DNA of 64,000 bases from Mizuhopecten yessoensis (taxonomy: Eukaryota): positions 316,436 to 380,435 of the forward strand of contig NW_018405000.1 in assembly GCF_002113885.1 (NCBI RefSeq), read 5' to 3'. The notes below the pieces were generated by a model that saw only the letters and a list, made by a program, of their open reading frames with translations, did no database searches and had not been told where the DNA came from. This document shows positions 41,626 through 55,564 of the stretch, piece after piece (within the stretch, counting starts at the first letter, position 1; each line of letters opens with the position of its first letter). A program made the position numbers and the translations under genes.

Positions 41626-44239
41626 AAGCCGTGAAGCCCACCTATTAAAAAAGTCATTAGTTACATATAGCCCTACATATCCTACAATCTGTCTCTGTAG
41701 CCCACACTAATCAACCCTAAAAGCGATGATCTTGACCTGTAAAGACCTCCAATGATGGTAGCTGTCCAAACAAGACCTCAAATCCTCTATCCTATTTCCC
41801 GGGGATGTTGTGGATGAAACTGATCACTTTTTGACCATCATTATTTCTATGTAATTGACAAGTGTACAAAGCCCTGTGTACACAAGCATCCAGTTCTAGC
41901 CATAAATTTGTGATGACCTAAACATAAAGTTTTTACAGGAATCATTAATCAGCTCACATCAAAGATAATGTTGTTCTTGTCGTCTTTAAAATCAATACTA
42001 TGGCCGCTAACATGCACCAATCATCCTTGAGTATGTTCAAGGTCTCCACAACACCAGATCACCAGAACATCCACTCCATTATATCTCTACTGTATGTAAT
42101 CCCTTACCTACCTTAATCAAACCCTGCATAATTCAGACATCTGTTTAAACCAGACATTTAACTAAGGTCTCAAGGTATGAATTCCTATGTGCATAGAACC
42201 TGTGTTACCAGAATACCTGTATAAACCAGACCATCTAAGTCTCACATTATAAAATTATTCTTTAAATGAAACAGTGTAATCTAGAAATCTGTATGATGAA
42301 GATGTTAAAATTGAGATGCATTTCCTTAATCTCCTATAACACTTACGGTGTAAATGGACGAAATCATAAAGCTTAGCTCAGAGCAAATCAGAGCAGCATT
42401 ATATATTGAAGAACTTTGTTGAAACTCAGTAAAATGTTTTATATTAAGATGTTAGTTTCATATAGACAGGTAGGGAGATAAACACACTTTACACTGTATA
42501 AGTAGGTTTTGGTGGACTTGTCAAGTCATCAACAACATGATATTGGCAACAAAAAATGAAAGAATAATCGACTTCTAGGATATCTCCAACTGCCAACAAC
42601 AGAATTCTCTATCCCATAAATAAAACAATATCTTTTTTTATGTGTGATAATGATTTTCTATGGTTTTGTCAGCATAGATAAGTAAGCATTAATTTCCATC
42701 TGTTTGCCCTACACAATGTTTCTAGACAGTCATCATTGTTACATACTGCTCTGTGATTGGCTGCTGTAAACATCTAGGAAAGCCTTTAAGTGTGTTTTGG
42801 GTGTTTAGTATTCCTTGCAGTCAGTCCCACCAAACCTTATCATAGGCTTTATTGCAGAAAGGTCACATTGCCCCATGTAAGTTACCCTGACCTTGCATTT
42901 TTACCTCCTTTACTAAAGATTTCCTAATGTAGAATTCCAATCACATCAACGACTACACAATAACACTATGGCAAATGCTGTATGTGGGAAGGTATATCGA
43001 TCGGAGAATTACTGATAATGGATTTTAATCAATGTCGATTGGAGATAATCCTGTAATATTAGTCTGTAATGGTTTGCAGCAGGTCCTAGGCACACAGCTG
43101 AATACATTCCCACCATCCTCATGTCACACAACAAACGAGGGCACAATGATAAAGGTGATATATAGTTAGTCGTCTTGTAGAACTTTAATGTCAAGGAGGC
43201 AGTCATATCTTATAAAACCAAATGACAACTGTAACTGGGTCACATGTAAATCTAACCACCATCTACTTATTCTATTAATATTTCCGGAACTCACCTTTTT
43301 TGTCTGGTTCCTTTTTTGTTCTGTATTATGGCTCAAGAGATAATTTCAAAATTCCAGTGCACAGTCGTTTTGTATTTGATCATCAATATGTATTTTAGTC
43401 TTGTCTCTTATAAATACATGGATAGCAATATATCATGTCCAATATATATTTACACTTTACACTTTGAAAACTCAATAATACTCATTTTGTATTACTCTTA
43501 AGCCCAAACAACGATAAAAAGTGTATGCCAATTTTGTATGTTTCTTCATATTTATTATAATTTTTGAAGATATTTGCTTTATCAATCGGTCCATCAAACT
43601 AGCTGTGATTAGGACTAGAACATAGAACAAACTAGCTGTGATTATGACTAGAACATAGAAGCATTGTCTGTAAACTCTATCTTTGGGGAACATTTCCTAA
43701 AATGGTAAAGATAATCAATGTATGGTCTGTTTTACAGAAGTTCATCAAAACATTCCATGTGAGGAATTATTGTCTGTCACACAGTCCTGTATGTGATCAC
43801 TGCTTAGTAAACACACAGTACAATCATATACATGTGAGGGATTGTAGTCTGTCACACAGTCCTGTATGCGATCACTGAAGATTAAACACACAGTACAATA
43901 ATAACTGTACACATGTTATATAAACTGTTATATAAACTGTTATATAAAAGTCTTACAAAACTGAATCTTCTCTATTATCCATTATGTGACAATCACTCAG
44001 TCCTCACAGGCGCCGTATACAGAACAGATTTAGAAGGTCGACCATAGTAACCTGAACCCTTATCAGACTTTAATCTTAGTTGTAAACTGAACCATGCTGT
44101 CCACTAAACCTCCTAAATGGTTATTAAAACTTTCGATCAGATTCTATGTGGTAGAGTATGTGACCTCTCCACAGTAATGATGCTTTGGAAGTTTATAAAT
44201 AACAAATTTTGTATAAGATATCTTCCTTAAGTGCATTAC

Positions 44240-44795
44240 TATCACTACAGTGGCCCTGACATTTTAACTTTGACCTCTATCACTACAGTGACCCTAACAT
44301 TTAAACTCTGACCTCTAACCCTACAGTGACACTGACATTTAAACTCTTACCTTTATCACTACTGAGTGACCTTGACATTTAAACTTTGACCTCTATCACT
44401 ATTGACCCTGACATTTTAACTTTGACCTCTATCACTACAGTGACCCTGACATTTAAACTCTTACCTCTTATCCTACAGTGACACTGACATTTAAACTCTG
44501 ACCTTTATCACTACTGAGTGACCTTGACATTTAAACTTTGACCTCTATCACTATTGACCCTGACATTTTAACTTTGACCTCTATCACTACAGTGACCCTG
44601 ACATTTAAACTCTTACCTCTAATCCTACAGTGAAACTGACATTTAAACTCTGACCTTTATCACTACTGTGACCTTGATATTTAAACTCAGACCTCTATCA
44701 CTACAGTGACCCTGACATTTAAACTCTGACCTTTATCACTAGTGACCTTGACATTTAAACTCTAACCTCTATCATTACATTGACCCTGACATTAA
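44240..44795. repeat. About 38-bp minisatellite (atcactacagtgaccctgacatttaaactctgacctct)
   Basis: Tandem periodicity, about 14 copies. Confidence 0.92.
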
Positions 44796-45904
44796 ATATA
44801 GAATATTTAAAACATCTGATTTGTCATTAAATCAATTCCAACGATTCAGTAGTTGAAAGCTACAAGATTAACTGCTTAATTATGCTGCAAGATGTATATG
44901 AACATAAAACTGTGATATATACGTTTTTAGTAAACATGCCTATCTGTATTACGTGAATCACTGATGTGAGATCACTTTTCTGTAATAGGTTTTTGCAATT
45001 TGTGTACAAGATAAGAATTAACTATAAATGTGTTCACAAGACATGGATGTCCAGCGCCAATACTTTTGAAGTAACACGTGCACAAGGCCAAGGTCAAAAC
45101 TGAAGGTTACAAAAATATCATTCAACATGTTCTATTCATAAAGCCACTTAGGTACGTACATGACCCTAACTGCAGTACTAAGTCCATAACTGACCTGAAT
45201 GCAAAGATTTAACCAAGGTCACAAATAAAACTAATATGTTCTTCTCGTAAAGGCCCACATGGATATGTAGATGCCTGACCCTAGCTGTAGCACTTTGTTC
45301 ATAACTGACTTTAATGCAAGAAGTTAACTGGCTGGACATACAGACATTTGATGGCCGAATGATAACCAATGTATGCATGTATAGCCGAACAGTGCCCCAC
45401 ACCACTTCATGGCAGGGAATATATATCCTTCACCTTGTGTGAAGTTCTCCAAACAGTCTGGTCATCAAATGAAGTGTTTTTTCTGTAATAGTTGTGTCAT
45501 ATATTACATAAAATCAAAAGCACTAAACCTTAATGGCCAGAATGAAATTCTACAATTCCACAGGGACTACCATGCAATTCAAGTCAACTGACTGGCAACA
45601 GTTATCCCCCTTTGGGGATTTATTGCAAATATGATGAGATAAAGGTAACACAGTTCATGCGTTAACTAACTAACATGGTGCTGATGTCAGACACGCATCA
45701 CTGACCTCCAATCAGTCTTCAGTGACTGAGCAGAAAAATGAGAAAATCAGACACACTTTCAACAGACTCGTTGTCAAATATATTCTACTTCAGCTCGTTG
45801 TCTGATCATCAAATCAATACAACTACACTCAATGACAGAACAAGCCTGGTCCTTATTTTCTATATTTCTGGACAAACCCGTATTTTATCATTACTGCGAC
45901 TTTA

Positions 45905-46585
45905 AACAAGAGAGCCTGTATCGCTCACCTGAATATGTTTTAAAATAATTGGTATGAAGTAAAGATATATCACTCCATAGTAGGTGCTGCAAGTACATAT
46001 GAAATTCAGAAAGATCCATCCAGTACTTGAGATATAGCGAGAACAAACTTCAAATAGAGCCCCACCCCTATGCCCCTAGGGGGATCATACCCACCGTTTA
46101 TACAAAATTGAGTCCCCTTGGCCCAAGGATGCTTCATACTAAATAAGGATAAAATCCTGTCATTCGTACAGAAGGTATTTGAAGTATTTGATATGTTTCC
46201 CCTATTGGGTCATGCCCTTCTGCCCCCAGGGGGGCTACACTCACTGTTTATACAAAATTTATTCCCTTTTGCCCAAGATCCTCCAGACCAAATTGGCAAG
46301 AAATCCCTTCATCCCAATGGGGGGGGGNNGCGGTTATACAAAATTGGTTCCCCTTTACCCAAGGCTGCTCCACACTAAATATGGACCAGATCCTTTCATT
46401 CTTACAGAAGAAAAGAAGGATTTTAAAGAATAATTTGCTATGTTGCCCCTATGGGGCCTGACCCACCGTTTATACAAAATTGGTTCCCCTTCACCCAAGG
46501 ATGCTTTAGACCAAATATGGAACAAATCTTTTCATTCCTACAGAAGAAGGATTTAAAAGAATTTGTTATATATCCCCTATTCTCA
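45905..46585 (+). mobile_element. 5' part of a HINE-type element (3' end missing)
   Basis: Shares gcctgtatcgctcacct with the 2974 element; internal repeats tttatacaaaattggttcccct..cccaagg. Confidence 0.6.
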
Positions 46586-46635
46586 GGGCTGGGGGGTTTC
46601 CTGAAGCCCAAAAAACCCCTCTGGATCCGCCACTG

Positions 46636-47456
46636 CCATGTTTAGTACAACCATGGTTCTGTGGGGGACTGATCACAGATCATGTTTAGTACAGCCATGG
46701 TTCTGTGGGGGACTGATCACAGATCATGTTTAGTACAGCCATGGTTCCGTGGGGGACTGATCACAGACCATGTTTAGTACAGCCATGGTTCCGTGGGGGA
46801 CTGATCACAGACCATGTTTAGTACAGCCATGGTTCTGTGGGGGACTGATCACAGACCATGTTTAGTACAGCCATGGTTCTGTGGGGGACTGATCACAGAC
46901 CATGTTTAGTACAGCCATGGTTCCGTGGGGGACTGATCACAGACCATGTTTAGTACAGCCATGGTTCCGTGGGGGACTGATCACAGACCATGTTTAGTAC
47001 AGCCATGGTTCTGTGGGGGACTGATCACAGACCATGTTTAGTACAGCCATGGTTCTGTGGGGGACTGATCACAGACCATGTTTAGTACAGCCATGGTTCC
47101 GTGGGGGACTGATCACAGACCATGTTTAGTACAGCCATGGTTCCGTGGGGGACTGATCACAGACCATGTTTAGTACAGCCATGGTTCCGTGGGGGACTGA
47201 TCACAGACCATGTTTAGTACAGCCATGGTTCCGTGGGGGACTGATCACAGACCATGTTTAGTACAGCCATGGTTCCGTGGGGGACTGATCACAGATCATG
47301 TTTAGTACAGCCATGGTTCTTTTGGGGACTGATCACAGATCATGTTTAGTACAGCCATGGTTCTGTGGTGGACTGATCACAGATCATGTTTAGTACAGCC
47401 ATGGTTCCGTGGGGGACTGATCACAGATCATGTTTAGTACAGCCATGGTTCTGTGG
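46636..47456. repeat. 44-bp minisatellite (catgtttagtacagccatggttccgtgggggactgatcacagac), about 18 copies
   Basis: Direct tandem periodicity. Confidence 0.97.
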
Positions 47457-48729
47457 ATTATATTCCAAAGTAGCCGGCTTCACATGTACATGTCCTATCC
47501 TTACGATACAAGCCAGTCATACCCAGTCCTTCAGACACAGTAATTCGGAAATATTTTCATTGCATTACTATCTTTTCATCCAATAAAAAATTGTCCTTTC
47601 TACTCTTCAAGTTTATTTACATAATTAATTGTTGCGGTTATGATAATGAAAATTTTCAATGTTATATTATTTTGATGAAAATTCAGTTAAATATTGATGA
47701 AAAAATAACTTATCAGCTGTTTTCATCACAAAACAGACATTAGCAGAGCCATATATGTTTAACAACAAATAAAGCATTAGCTCATCAATTGTTCTACATC
47801 ACACAACACTTAATAAACAAATTTAGTAGTAGACTATCAACTGTCTTTGTAGCTGATAATTAGATTAGCTAATCTCCTATATATACTGATTATTTCTTTC
47901 AGTGTTAATGTTTTAAATGTAGGAGAAATGAATAATTTAATGAAAGTATTTCAAACTTTTACTGCAAAAGGAGGTAATTCAGCAGTGCCAAGGTAAACAA
48001 TGACAAATTAAAGAAGATTTCCCTATTGAGGATTAATAAACATGTTTCTGTCATTGGATGAGATGAGTGATGCTGCAGATTAAATACCAATTTGTGTATT
48101 CCTGAAACAGACTCAACGCACTGAGGATAATTTCTACAACTGTACAATACAAATCACAAGGACACAGATATAAATCCTTTGGGCCCAAATCCTCATTTCC
48201 CTTTATTCACAGAACCAAGTCAACTCAGAAATATAGCAAGATAGCTAGAGTCTCTGAGGATCCCATGTTAACAGCTAGCTACATTTTTGATCACCACTTT
48301 GAGCATCTTGGCAGTTCTTCAAGTGTGGGCGCGGGTATAGGAAGGACTGTCCTGGTCCCTGGTGGCCGTTTGGGTTCTAGGGTATGCATCAAGGTGACAG
48401 GAATCGCACACAAACATCATCAATGGTCGGATGATTAGAAATGTCATATCCGCTACAGCAAGTCACTGAGGACCTGACCCCTGTCTACACTCCAGCCACC
48501 GGTCAGTGTAGCTATGGCCACCTCAAGTGGACCTGACCCCTGTCTACACTCCAGCCACCTGTCAGTGTAGCTATGGCCACCTCAAGTGCACAAGAACCAA
48601 TGCCACTACTTCTGACCTGGTAATGAACACAACGGCTGACACAACTCATCAAATACATATCTAGGTCACCTAATTAGGAAATATCACTCCTTAATTGATG
48701 ACCTCATTCAAGAGTGAAAGTCAAAGAAA

Positions 48730-49251
48730 ACAAGAGGGCCATGGTCTTAACGGTCACCTGAGTTATGTAAAAACTGATGTTATCGATGTTGCCAAATGAA
48801 AAAGAAATCATTTTGTAACAAAGGAAACTTGAACTACATGTAATGCAAAAGTAGTGTGAAAGATCTGGGTAGTATATGTACTATGTACAAATAGTGGTTC
48901 TGTCAGTCAGCTGAATTTTGGTAAAGCACCTTATGACCCTTCCATCTATGAAGAGTATTTGATTCTACCACATCTGGATTTGCTAAGAAGAGTTTTGGAA
49001 TTTCAGTCAATTTGACCCTTTTTGGCCCCACCCCTCAAGCCCCTGGGGGCTGGGGACCATATAATTCACATTTTTGGTTGACCTTTGGCCATGGAAGGTT
49101 TATGCAAAATTTCATTGAAATTGGTTCAGGGGTTTTGGAGAAGTCGTAAAATGTGAATTGTCTAAAGACACACGCCGCACGACGCACAACGACGGACAAA
49201 AGGCGATCGCAATAGGTCACTTAATTGAGTCTTTGTCTCAGGTGACCTTAA
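48730..49251 (+). mobile_element. Complete HINE-type element
   Basis: 5' acaagagggccatggtcttaacggtcacctga, gac microsatellite, 3' aataggtcact...caggtgacct hairpin. Same family as the 53179 element. Confidence 0.8.
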
Positions 49252-50009
49252 AAGTTTTTTCTTTCTGATTCAAGCCTACAGAGAAAAACTGTTACTTAGG
49301 ACGGAGAACAGTTATGTTTTCCACAATTAGAATTTCGTCTGTAAAACAAGTCACCTGAACTTACATGTCAATATCTATTTTTAGACCTGTAAACAAGTTT
49401 TTTGAGATCCAATATAACAGTTAACACTAAGACAGACTGTTTCGTCTCTTCCCACACAAGTAAACATCACCATCAAACCCTTTAGGGTTTATTTTTATCA
49501 GAGCTCAACTCAACACAAATAGGTGTCATTCTTATCCCAAAAATTAACAACATCGCAAATCATTGGTAGAACCTGGTAATACACAAAAAATATATATTGT
49601 AAATTGTATAAAAATACAACATAAATGTAAATCGTAATAATACACTGATCATAAACTTCAACTTTGGCTTTCTCAATACTTCAAACAGAACCCATGCATC
49701 TAAAGTGAATTTTAGTAATCTCAGTGAACTTGACCTTTTTGACTGCCTGACATCACCTTGACCTTTTTAACCTCCTGACACCACCTTGACCTTTTTTTAC
49801 CTCCTGACACCAGGAACAAAATCTTGAGTTATTTTTCTAGAAGCAACATGAACAGATCTAGTGAAAATGACCTGAACATATCAAATGAAACAGAATTTCT
49901 CTTTCATTGACAGATTGACCTTTGACCTACTAATCCTACCTGAAGGTCACCTACAGGTCAGAATGGAAGGAAACCTGTACAATCTGTGTCATCAGGTGTA
50001 TATACAGGT

Positions 50010-51425
50010 AGGAATAGAAGGACACGTGTACATTGCTGTGTAGGTAGAGGATGTGTAGGGACATGTGTACATTGCTGTGTAGGTAGAGGATGTGGAGGGA
50101 CACGTGTACATTGCTGTGTAGGGAGAGGATGTGGAGGGACACGTGTACATTGCTGTGAAGGGAGAGGATGTGGAGGGACACGTGTACATTGCTGTGAAGG
50201 GAGAGGATGTGGAGGGACACGTGTACATTGCTGTGAAGGTAGAGGATGTGGAGGGACACGTGTACATTGCTGTGAAGGTAGAGGATGTGGAGGGACACGT
50301 GTACATTGCTGTGAAGGGAGAGGATGTGGAGGGACACGTGTACATTGCTTTGTAGGTAGAGGATGTGGAGGGACACGGGTACATTGCTGTGTAGGTAGAG
50401 GATGTGGAGGGACATGTGTACATTGCTGTGTAGGTAGAGAATGTGGAGGGACACGTGTACATTGCTGTGTAAGTAGAGGATGTGTAGGGACACGTGTACA
50501 TTGCTTTGTAGGAAGAGGATGTGGAGGGACACGTGTACATAGCTGTGTAGGTAGAGGATGTGTAGGGACATGTGTACATTGCTGTGTAGGTAGAGGATGT
50601 GTAGGGACACGTGTACATTGCTGTGTAGGTAGAGGATGTGTAGGGACATGTGTACATTGCTTTGTAGGAAGAGGATGTGGAGGGACACGTGTACATAGCT
50701 GTGTAGGTAGAGGATGTGTAGGGACATGTGTACATTGCTTTGTAGGAAGAGGATGTGGAGGGACACGTGTACATTGCTGTGTAGGGAGAGGATGTGGAGG
50801 GACACGTGTACATTGCTGTGAAGGTAGAGGATGTGGAGGGACACGTGTACATTGCTGTGCAGGTAGAGGATGTGTAGGGACATGTGTACATTGCTGTGTA
50901 GGTAGAGAATGTGGAGGGACACGTGTACATTGCTGTGTAGGAAGAGGATGTGGAGGGACACGGGTACATTGCTGTGTAGGTAGAGGATGTGTAGGGACAC
51001 GTGTACATTGCTTTGTAGGAAGAGGATGTGGAGGGACACGTGTACATTGCTGTGAAGGGAGAGGATGTGGAGGGACACGTGTACATTGCTGTGCAGGTAG
51101 AGGATGTGTAGGGACATGTGTACATTGCTGTGTAGGTAGAGGATGTGGAGGGACACGGGTACATTGCTGTGTAGGTAGAGGATGTGGAGGCACACGTGTA
51201 CATTGCTGTGTAAGTAGAGGATGTGTAGGGACACGTGTACATTGCTTTGTAGGTAGAGGATGTGGAGGGACACGGGTACATTGCTGTGTAGGTAGAGGAT
51301 GTGTAGGGACATGTGTACATTGCTGTGTAGGTAGAGAATGAGGAGGGACACGTGTACATTGCTGTGTAGGTAGAGAATGTGGAGGGACACGTGTACATTG
51401 CTGTGTAGGTAGAGGATGTGGAGGG
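50010..51425. repeat. 39-bp minisatellite (ggacacgtgtacattgctgtgtaggtagaggatgtggag), about 36 copies
   Basis: Direct tandem periodicity; explains four overlapping spurious ORFs. Confidence 0.97.
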
Positions 51426-52202
51426 AAGCTGAGCAGTTGTACCATCTGTAGCCCCAGTATACATCAGTCTGTGTACATTAATTCCTTCCTTCTGTGTCGG
51501 ATACATAAACCTCATCCCACATGTAAACATTGGATTCTAATTATTTTCTGTCCTCTACCAATGTTTTACATATGGATTCTCATAACTGTTTTTTCAACTC
51601 CATTTTTCCATTCCTTTAACTCATTATCTATGGTTTGTTCATCCCAACATTGTAAAGAGCATGAGTTTTACATATGTGATCATTTGTAGGGGTATTGGCT
51701 GACGAAGGCCACACATAACAAAGGAAGGAAACTCCCCCTCCTCTACTCCCCCTCCCTATTCACCTTTACATATACTACAGCTGAACAATGCCCTCCACAC
51801 CTTGACAAACACTACCTTTACCTATCAAGATCCACAAACTCTAACAAGGATACACATGTACTAATATCATATTCTACTAGACTATACCATTAATTGATCA
51901 CAATCTTGTTCAGAAGATATTTTCTGTTATTTAATGGTTTTATAACAATTCATCTATCCACTTATATGATGCTGAATAATTATGATTATAAAAGAATGAT
52001 GGTAAGAAATGAAGAGTCAGAACGTTTACCGAGCCTAGAACAAACAGGTATCAAAACATTAAATCTTATCAAAACATTTAAACATGGAATATCTCATAAA
52101 GTGCATTTAAAAATGTTGCCATGGAAACAGCAGATACATCAAGTATACAGATCTTGATATAAATTGAAGAAGTACAGCTATTGCTGCTGAGGGCTAGATA
52201 AT

Positions 52203-52952
52203 GACACGAAACAAAGTTTTATACTGTGGGTTTGAGGACGAGACATGGAAAACAAAATTATATATAATTGGTTTGAGGACGAGACATGAAACAAAGTTTG
52301 ATATTGTGGGTTTGAGGACGAGACATGAAACAAAGTTTATATTGTGGGTTTGAGGACGAGAAATGAATCAAAGTTTTATACTGTGGGTTTGAGGACGAGA
52401 CATGAAACAAAGTTTTATATTGCAGGTTTGAGGACGAGACATGAAACAAAGTTTTATACTGTGGGTTTGAGGACGAGACATGAAACAAAGTTTGATATTG
52501 TGGGTTTGAGGACGAGACATGAAACAAAGTTTTATACTGTGGGTTTGAGGACGAGACATGAAACAAAGTTTGATATTGTGGGTTTGAGGACGAGACATGA
52601 AACAAAGTTTTATACTGTGGGTTTGAGGACGAGACATGAAACAAAGTTTGATATTGTGGGTTTGAGGACGAGACATGAAACAAAGTTTTATACTGTGGGT
52701 TTGAGGACGAGACATGAAACAAAGTTTGATATTGTGGGTTTGAGGACGAGACATGAAACAAAGTTTTATATTGTGGGTGTGAGGATGAGACCTGAAACAA
52801 AGTTTGATATTGTGGGTTTGAGGACGAGACATGAATCAAAGTTTTATATTGTAGGTTTGAGGACGAGACATGAAACAAAGTTTGATATTGTGGGTTTGAG
52901 GACAAGACATGAAACAAACCTTTATATTGTCAGATTGAGGGCAAGACATGAG
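52203..52952. repeat. 39-bp minisatellite (tgtgggtttgaggacgagacatgaaacaaagttttatac), about 19 copies
   Basis: Tandem periodicity with two alternating variants. Confidence 0.95.
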
Positions 52953-53178
52953 CAACTTTTCTATCCTTTATTCAAAAGCAAAATAATGACATAAACGAAA
53001 CTGTATTGATGGTTAAAGGTCAAGAAAATGATTTAATGTTCAAAATTATAAATGATAGTTAAATTGTAACTACTCAGGTTATATTCAGTTTAGAGTCAAC
53101 GCTGGGTTAATTACAGTGTTTACAGAGAACCCAGCCCTCATTCCACAAATACTCAGCACTCCAACAAGATGTAAATAG

Positions 53179-54596
53179 AACAAGAGGCCCATGGGCCTTA
53201 ACGGTCACCTGATATATTTATACAGAGAGTTGATTTTGTTTTTAACATGAACAGAAATATTATTCAAAGTGACAAAAAACAATAAAACCACCTTACTCAA
53301 TATCTAGCATACAGATTTCAGACTAAAAAGGATTTGAAACTAGCACCTCTGATTCTTAACAAGGAAAATGAAGAAATTTTAGCACACTGACTCCTTTGAG
53401 CCCCACCCTACAGCCCTTGGGGGTAGGGCTGGCTCAAAATTTTCAAAGTATCAAACTGTCAATTCAAGGTTATAATTCCAATCAAGTTATTAACATGTAA
53501 TNNNNNNNNNNNNNNNNNNNNNNNNNNNNNNNNNNNNNNNNNNNNNNNNNNNNNNNNNNNNNNNNNNNNNNNNNNNNNNNNNNNNNNNNNNNNNNNNNNN
53601 NNNNNNNNNNNNNNNNNNNNNNNNNNNNNNNNNNNNNNNNNNNNNNNNNNNNNNNNNNNNNNNNNNNNNNNNNNNNNNNNNNNNNNNNNNNNNNNNNNNN
53701 NNNNNNNNNNNNNNNNNNNNNNNNNNNNNNNNNNNNNNNNNNNNNNNNNNNNNNNNNNNNNNNNNNNNNNNNNNNNNNNNNNNNNNNNNNNNNNNNNNNN
53801 NNNNNNNNNNNNNNNNNNNNNNNNNNNNNNNNNNNNNNNNNNNNNNNNNNNNNNNNNNNNNNNNNNNNNNNNNNNNNNNNNNNNNNNNNNNNNNNNNNNN
53901 NNNNNNNNNNNNNNNNNNNNNNNNNNNNNNNNNNNNNNNNNNNNNNNNNNNNNNNNNNNNNNNNNNNNNNNNNNNNNNNNNNNNNNNNNNNNNNNNNNNN
54001 NNNNNNNNNNNNNNNNNNNNNNNNNNNNNNNNNNNNNNNNNNNNNNNNNNNNNNNNNNNNNNNNNNNNNNNNNNNNNNNNNNNNNNNNNNNNNNNNNNNN
54101 NNNNNNNNNNNNNNNNNNNNNNNNNNNNNNNNNNNNNNNNNNNNNNNNNNNNNNNNNNNNNNNNNNNNNNNNNNNNNNNNNNNNNNNNNNNNNNNNNNNN
54201 NNNNNNNNNNNNNNNNNNNNNNNNNNNNNNNNNNNNNNNNNNNNNNNNNNNNNNNNNNNNNNNNNNNNNNNNNNNNNNNNNNNNNNNNNNNNNNNNNNNN
54301 NNNNNNNNNNNNNNNNNNNNNNNNNNNNNNNNNNNNNNNNNNNNNNNNNNNNNNNNNNNNNNNNNNNNNNNNNNNNNNNNNNNNNNNNNNNNNNNNNNNN
54401 NNNNNNNNNNNNNNNNNATTTTTGTTGACCTTTGTCCATGGAAGGTCCCTGCAAAATTTCATTGAAATTGGTTCAGGGGTTTTGGAGAAGAAGTTGAAAA
54501 TGTAAATTGTTTACGGACGCACGACGGACGACGGACGACGACGGACAAAAGGCGATCGCAATAGGTCACTTGAGACTTTGTCTCAGGTGACCTAAA
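53179..54596 (+). mobile_element. HINE-type element spanning an N gap
   Basis: 5' aacaagaggcccatgggccttaacggtcacctga, (gacg)n, 3' taggtcacttgagactttgtctcaggtgaccta hairpin. Confidence 0.8.
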
Positions 54597-54771
54597 AATG
54601 CCAAGAATCAATTCCATGAGATGGAGACCTAAACTGACTTCCTTTGTACGTCCTCAGAAAACATTATATTGCCAAGTATTGATGGTAGGATAGATACAAT
54701 CTACAATAACCATATGACAAAGTCAACTGAGTGTTACGATAGACCAGCTAACCTACAGTTCAGCCTTGTTC

Positions 54772-55457
54772 ATCCAGCCACACCAAACTTGTTGCCTGAC
54801 CAGTGTTTTAAGGATCCAGCCAACACCAAACTTGTTGCCTGACCAGTGTTTTAGGGATCCAGCCAACACCAAACTTGTTGCCTGACCAGTGTTTTAAGGA
54901 TCCAGCCAACACCAAACTTGTTGCCTGACCAGTGTTTTAAGGATCCAGCCAACACCAAACTTGTTGCCTGACCAGTGTTTTAAGGATCCAGCCAACACCA
55001 AACTTGTTGCCTGACCAGTGTTTTAAGGATCCAGCCAACACCAAACTTGTTGCCTGACCAGTGTTTTAAGGATCCAGCCAACACCAAACTTGTTGCCTGA
55101 CCAGTGTTTTAAGGATCCAGCCAACACCAAACTTGTTGCCTGACCAGTGTTTTAAGGATCCAGCCAACACCAAACTTGTTGCCTGACCAGTGTTTTAAGG
55201 ATCCAGCCAACACCAAACTTGTTGCCTGACCAGTGTTTTAAGGATCCAGCCAACACCAAACTTGTTGCCTGACCAGTGTTTTAAGGATCCAGCCAACACC
55301 AAACTTGTTGCCTGACCAGTGTTTTAAGGATCCAGCCAACACCAAACTTGTTGCCTGACCAGTGTTTTAAGGATCCAGCCAACACCAAACTTGTTGCCTG
55401 ACCAGTGTTTTAAGGATCCAGCCAACACCGAACTTGTTGCCTGACCAGTGTTTTAGG
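54772..55457. repeat. 43-bp near-perfect minisatellite, 16 copies
   Basis: Unit atccagccaacaccaaacttgttgcctgaccagtgttttaagg. Confidence 0.97.
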
Positions 55458-55564
55458 GGAAAGAAACAAGATTGATGTTTTCCTTTGCAATATTGTATGG
55501 TACCAGTAATATAATGGTTTCAAACTTCATAAGCCAATTCTGGACAAGATGAGGCTCCACTTTA

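Noticed and set aside
43295-43320. Possible 26-nt microexon (TKKEPDKK) with a strong AAG|gtgagt donor in phase 1 matching exon A
   Set aside because: The acceptor is weak and no upstream partner exon was identified; there is not enough support without RNA data.
49951-51530. Four 450-512 aa ORFs (His-, Cys- or Thr-rich repeats)
   Set aside because: Several frames on both strands are open because of a 39-bp unit; there are no unique domains or splice context.
54772-55457. CRISPR-like regular repeats (here and in other arrays)
   Set aside because: The units are head-to-tail with no unique spacers, there are no cas genes, and the context is eukaryotic.
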